Virus record (IMG/VR): IMGVR_UViG_3300018080_004888
Coordinates: 64,001-84,523 of that record
DNA length: 20,523 nt
Source: a virus
Lineage: Duplodnaviria; Heunggongvirae; Uroviricota; Caudoviricetes
Direction: 5' to 3' (one strand)
Part shown: positions 14,482-20,523 of the stretch, in pieces
Position numbering within the stretch: position 1 is the first letter of the stretch
Layout of the letters: each line of letters opens with the position of its first letter
The notes under the pieces: model-generated
What the model was told of the DNA's origin: nothing
Databases searched by the model: none
The model's input: only the letters and a program-made list of their open reading frames with translations
Translations under genes and position numbers: made by a program

Positions 14482-15189
14482 TTAGTAGGTCGGTTTTGAG
14501 ATATCATCTGGATGCCCCGATGGGGTTATGTCCTTTGGAATCGTAGGGGCACTTGGAATCCTTATAGATTCTGCCTTATTGCTCTGTACGGTGACTTTCG
14601 GGCTTTTCATCGTCGGCATTCCGGTCGTTTTATTGATTTGTTCCTCAAGTTTTTCGATCCTATTTAACAGATTTTCGATCTGTTCATCGGATGGAGTGGT
14701 TAAACCTGGGGCGAGTGCCGGGCCTGTTGGTTGCGGGGTGGTTGGCTCCACCATCGGAACCTTTTTGGGGATCGTCGGATCAGTCGGAAGCGATGGAGCG
14801 GGGGCCACACCACTCGGCCTAGCTGCCCTTGTCGGAGTCCGTTGAATGAACGAGTATTTCACGGGCCGTGCAGTATAATTTTGATACGCGAATCCTCGCG
14901 AGTAATCGAGAACTAGAGTTTTGGCTCCAGTTCTTGTTTGATAGGCAATCGTCGGCAATTTGCAGTTAATTACCGGAATGGATGTACGGTAGCCACCCTC
15001 TAACACGACTGATGTATAGAACTTACTACAAATCGGCCCTGTGTTTTTGAGGATTTGGTGTTCGGCACATGTTGTCGGACAAACGTAAGTGTAAGTCGGA
15101 CAAACGTAAGTGTAAGTCGGACAAACATACGTTGTAGGGGAGCATTGGCCCGTTGTCATAATGGCGAGGGCGAGGAGGGTGTGGATCAT
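14482..15189 (-). CDS. putative secreted Pro/Thr-rich protein
   Basis: Signal-like MIHTLLALAIMTTGQ, CPTYTYV repeats, a Pro-rich linker and a short coiled coil (IENLLNRIEKLEEQI). Confidence 0.7.
   Translation of the reverse strand: MIHTLLALAIMTTGQCSPTTYVCPTYTYVCPTYTYVCPTTCAEHQILKNTGPICSKFYTSVVLEGGYRTSIPVINCKLPTIAYQTRTGAKTLVLDYSRGFAYQNYTARPVKYSFIQRTPTRAARPSGVAPAPSLPTDPTIPKKVPMVEPTTPQPTGPALAPGLTTPSDEQIENLLNRIEKLEEQINKTTGMPTMKSPKVTVQSNKAESIRIPSAPTIPKDITPSGHPDDISKPTY
15074..15126. repeat. 21-nt tandem repeat, 2.5 copies
   Basis: GTCGGACAAACGTAAGTGTAA twice, then GTCGGACAAAC; encodes (TYVCPTY)n. Confidence 0.9.
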
Positions 15190-15416
15190 TCTTGGGACTC
15201 CTTATAGATCTTTGCGAAACCTGACGAAAGTGATACATCCTTTACCTTCTTCCAACAGCGGTTCTCTTCATCCCACGTAAACGGAAGATCAGGTATTGTG
15301 TCAAGAATATCAAAAAGCTCACCCGCAGTTTTTGCATGTTCTAGACACCTTTGAAAAACTAGCGGGTGGACATTGTATTTTTCTCGCAGTGATTCTACGA
15401 TTTTCTCGTCTATCAT
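15186..15416 (-). CDS. hypothetical protein (76 aa)
   Basis: Start moved to ATG 15416, which overlaps the GlsB-family TGA. Its own stop overlaps the next ATG. Confidence 0.7.
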   Translation of the reverse strand: MIDEKIVESLREKYNVHPLVFQRCLEHAKTAGELFDILDTIPDLPFTWDEENRCWKKVKDVSLSSGFAKIYKESQE

Positions 15417-15676
15417 TTCTTCTTTTCTTTGGCGAGCTTGTAGCGGCGATAACAAAAACACAAAATCACACCGCCAACGATGCTCATCAGAAAGCCGGAT
15501 GCCTGGAATGGGCCTCCCCAACCCAGCACCCAGTTTATTGTACCACCAATGAAAGAACCTGCAACCCCAATTCCCAAAGTCGGGAAAAATCCGGTCGGGT
15601 CATCGCCAGGGTGAATAGCCTTAGCAATCAAGCCGACCAAAAGGCCGAATATAAGCCATCCCAATAACCAAAACAT
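15413..15676 (-). CDS. GlsB/YeaQ/YmgE (transglycosylase-associated) membrane protein
   Basis: WLIFGLLVGLIAKAIHPG...TLGIGVAGSFIGG...GFLMSIVGGVIL. GGAGG SD. Confidence 0.9.
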   Translation of the reverse strand: MFWLLGWLIFGLLVGLIAKAIHPGDDPTGFFPTLGIGVAGSFIGGTINWVLGWGGPFQASGFLMSIVGGVILCFCYRRYKLAKEKKK

Positions 15677-15685
15677 GTTTACCTC

Positions 15686-16510
15686 CTATTTGCTAGCGGT
15701 TATCTGTAAGTAGCTATCCGGCGTCTTGCCTTTATTGATATCTTCCGACAGATTTGTGATATATCGTTCTAGTGCTTCATCAAATTTTCTTTCTGAGGAA
15801 AAACCGAAGATTTCCTTTAGGTCTTTTTCCTTATTGTCTGTGAGAACAAATGTCAAAAATTTCGATTGTCCGAATTCCTTTCTTAGCAACAAACAGGTTG
15901 TCGCTGCCTGTTGATCGAAAAGTATTTGGGTTTCTTCTGGTAGAGCCCGCCAATCTGATTCACTCATAGAAAATAGCCGCTGACTTGGCATAGCCTTGGT
16001 CTTTAGCGAGCCTAATTCTTGGCGAATTTGAGGAAGTGTCCCGTTTAGAATCGCCATACCCCGATGAGCCCAAAACCCTATTTTGATGTTTCTAGTGCAT
16101 AGTTCGTTTAGACATACTTCGGTCAATCCGATTGGGATTACACAGGCGGGCGGTTTGTCTAAGATCAAAAATATAGTTGTAGACTCAATTTTGCCGTTGG
16201 GTTTTCTCTTGTTGTAGATGGCGGAATGATCGAGCCTGTAAAGTTCCTTCATCAGGTCCTTGGTGGGAACGCAAGCGATTTTACATTCCCCCGAGAACTC
16301 AACGTCAGGAAGCCCCCATCTGGCGAATACCCAACTTTTCATCTTTTCAATGTTTTTGGAAAGGTATTCACCTTGCTTCTGATTATAACTGAGAATGATA
16401 AAATTCTCTGTTTGCCATCTATTCCAGAACTCTTCTGGGACGGGTGGATTTGCCGCACATGTTGTACACAGGCACAAAGCTAAAACCAAGGCTCGAATCA
16501 TTTCGCTCAC
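15686..16510 (-). CDS. exported protein with a degenerate zincin-like metallopeptidase fold
   Basis: Signal peptide IRALVLALCLCTTCAA and WQTENFII. VIPIGLTEV...WAHRG sits where HExxH...WxxEG is expected. Confidence 0.55.
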   Translation of the reverse strand: MSEMIRALVLALCLCTTCAANPPVPEEFWNRWQTENFIILSYNQKQGEYLSKNIEKMKSWVFARWGLPDVEFSGECKIACVPTKDLMKELYRLDHSAIYNKRKPNGKIESTTIFLILDKPPACVIPIGLTEVCLNELCTRNIKIGFWAHRGMAILNGTLPQIRQELGSLKTKAMPSQRLFSMSESDWRALPEETQILFDQQAATTCLLLRKEFGQSKFLTFVLTDNKEKDLKEIFGFSSERKFDEALERYITNLSEDINKGKTPDSYLQITASK

Positions 16511-17041
16511 CTATGCCGCAATTTCGTATCGTAGATCCTCTTCCGAGAAAACTCTTTTAATCTTCTCTCTCGATTGTTTGAGAATTTGCGATATTCGGGA
16601 TTCTGTAAGATTGAGAACTCCTGCTATTTCTTTGAGGGTCCTATTATCAACATAATACAACATTACGACTCTTCGGCCAATAGCATTTAGGAATTTTGTC
16701 ACTTTTTCGAAAAACTCCTCAGTGTTGCTATTCTCGTAGTTATAGCACAGAATGCCCAGTATTTCATGCTCCAGAGTGCGAATTTTCGCTTTCCTATCCC
16801 ACATCAATTCCCTCAGATAATCGAGGATTTCCCCGCATATTCGGAATCTGGCGTAGGTAGAAAAGGGCACTTTGCACTCAGACCTGAAACGATTTGCGGC
16901 TTTGACTAGCCCCATGTATGCGGCAGATTTTAGCTCGTCTATGTCCACGCAAGGCGGGACTTTTTTCTTCTTTTCCCAAGCTAATTTGTTCGCAAGTGGG
17001 AGATAGTCCAAAATCAAAGTATCACGTTCACACGTTTCCAT
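16511..17041 (-). CDS. FliA/WhiG (sigma28)-like sigma factor
   Basis: Start moved to ATG 17041 (GGAG SD). LILDYLPLANKLA...VDIDELKSAAYMGLVKAANRF...FSTYARFRICGEILDYLR, with region 4 TLKEIAGVLNLTESRISQI. Confidence 0.9.
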   Translation of the reverse strand: METCERDTLILDYLPLANKLAWEKKKKVPPCVDIDELKSAAYMGLVKAANRFRSECKVPFSTYARFRICGEILDYLRELMWDRKAKIRTLEHEILGILCYNYENSNTEEFFEKVTKFLNAIGRRVVMLYYVDNRTLKEIAGVLNLTESRISQILKQSREKIKRVFSEEDLRYEIAA

Positions 17042-17078
17042 AGTTACTCCGTTTTTCAAGTTTAGAAAGTTAGTTAGT

Positions 17079-17105
17079 ATATCGGTAAAATGTAGTTGGA
17101 CTTTA
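17079..17105 (-). promoter_or_regulatory. sigma28-type promoter
   Basis: TAAAGTCC-N11-ACCGATAT against the consensus TAAAGTTT-N11-GCCGATAA, directly upstream of the sigma28-like gene. Confidence 0.65.
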
Positions 17106-17390
17106 AGCTTCTTCTTCTTGTAATGTTGGTGCGGGAGCTTCCGCATATCCGTGCATTTCAAGAATAAATTTGCTTATCGTCCGATTGCCTATTTGAACCT
17201 GTTTTAACTGTTCGGCTATGAATAAAGCCTGCTGTTCCAACATGTCCTGCGTCTCTGTGATTTGGGCCTTATTTTCGGCGGTCGTGTCGGCAATTCTTAC
17301 CAAAAACCCCGATGACGTTACCGTGAAAATTAGGTTTAAAAAGGCCAAAACTGCCAAGGCTATGACACTTATCAAAATTGCAATTTCCAT
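17103..17390 (-). CDS. small membrane-anchored protein
   Basis: N-terminal hydrophobic helix IAILISVIALAVLAFLNLIFTV followed by a coiled-coil-like segment. AAGGA SD. Confidence 0.7.
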   Translation of the reverse strand: MEIAILISVIALAVLAFLNLIFTVTSSGFLVRIADTTAENKAQITETQDMLEQQALFIAEQLKQVQIGNRTISKFILEMHGYAEAPAPTLQEEEA

Positions 17391-17523
17391 AATTGTCCTT
17401 ATGCATCGTCTTCTTTGTATTATAGTATTGGGCTGAATAATTTACTTACATTGTGGTGTTGTTCTAATCCGTCATAGACGCAGACAGTAGCATTTAGGTG
17501 CCAACTTTCCCAGATTTTAAATT

Positions 17524-20523
<3,000 letters not shown>

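Noticed and set aside
17391-17523. ncRNA or tRNA in the largest intergenic gap
   Set aside because: No cloverleaf or stable stem is visible; only a lone CTATAAT -10-like box.

Overview
The window looks like part of a large (jumbo-type) bacteriophage genome, probably infecting Planctomycetota; the host assignment is inference from family resemblance. About 27 densely packed genes all lie on the minus strand, often with overlapping stop/start codons, and the plus-strand ORFs in the track look like antisense shadows. In transcription order (right to left) it contains: a 5'-truncated collagen-like fibre protein; a membrane protein; a FliA/sigma28-like sigma factor with a sigma28-type promoter upstream, heading an envelope-protein operon; a protein resembling only the N-terminal domain of ribosomal protein bL12; thioredoxin; an RmlB-like dehydratase; a metallophosphoesterase-infA-HNH-lipoprotein-TPR operon; and a second sigma factor. 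Next comes a complete four-gene ubiquitin-like conjugation cassette (E2, JAB, E1/ThiF, Ubl ending GTKG), related to PRTRC-type systems, with all catalytic residues intact. It is followed by a DUF4139-like protein, a polynucleotide kinase-phosphatase, several hypothetical proteins and a 3'-truncated metK. The apparently phage-borne Ubl cassette is the most interesting element. All family calls come from motif recognition by eye; no database searches were run.
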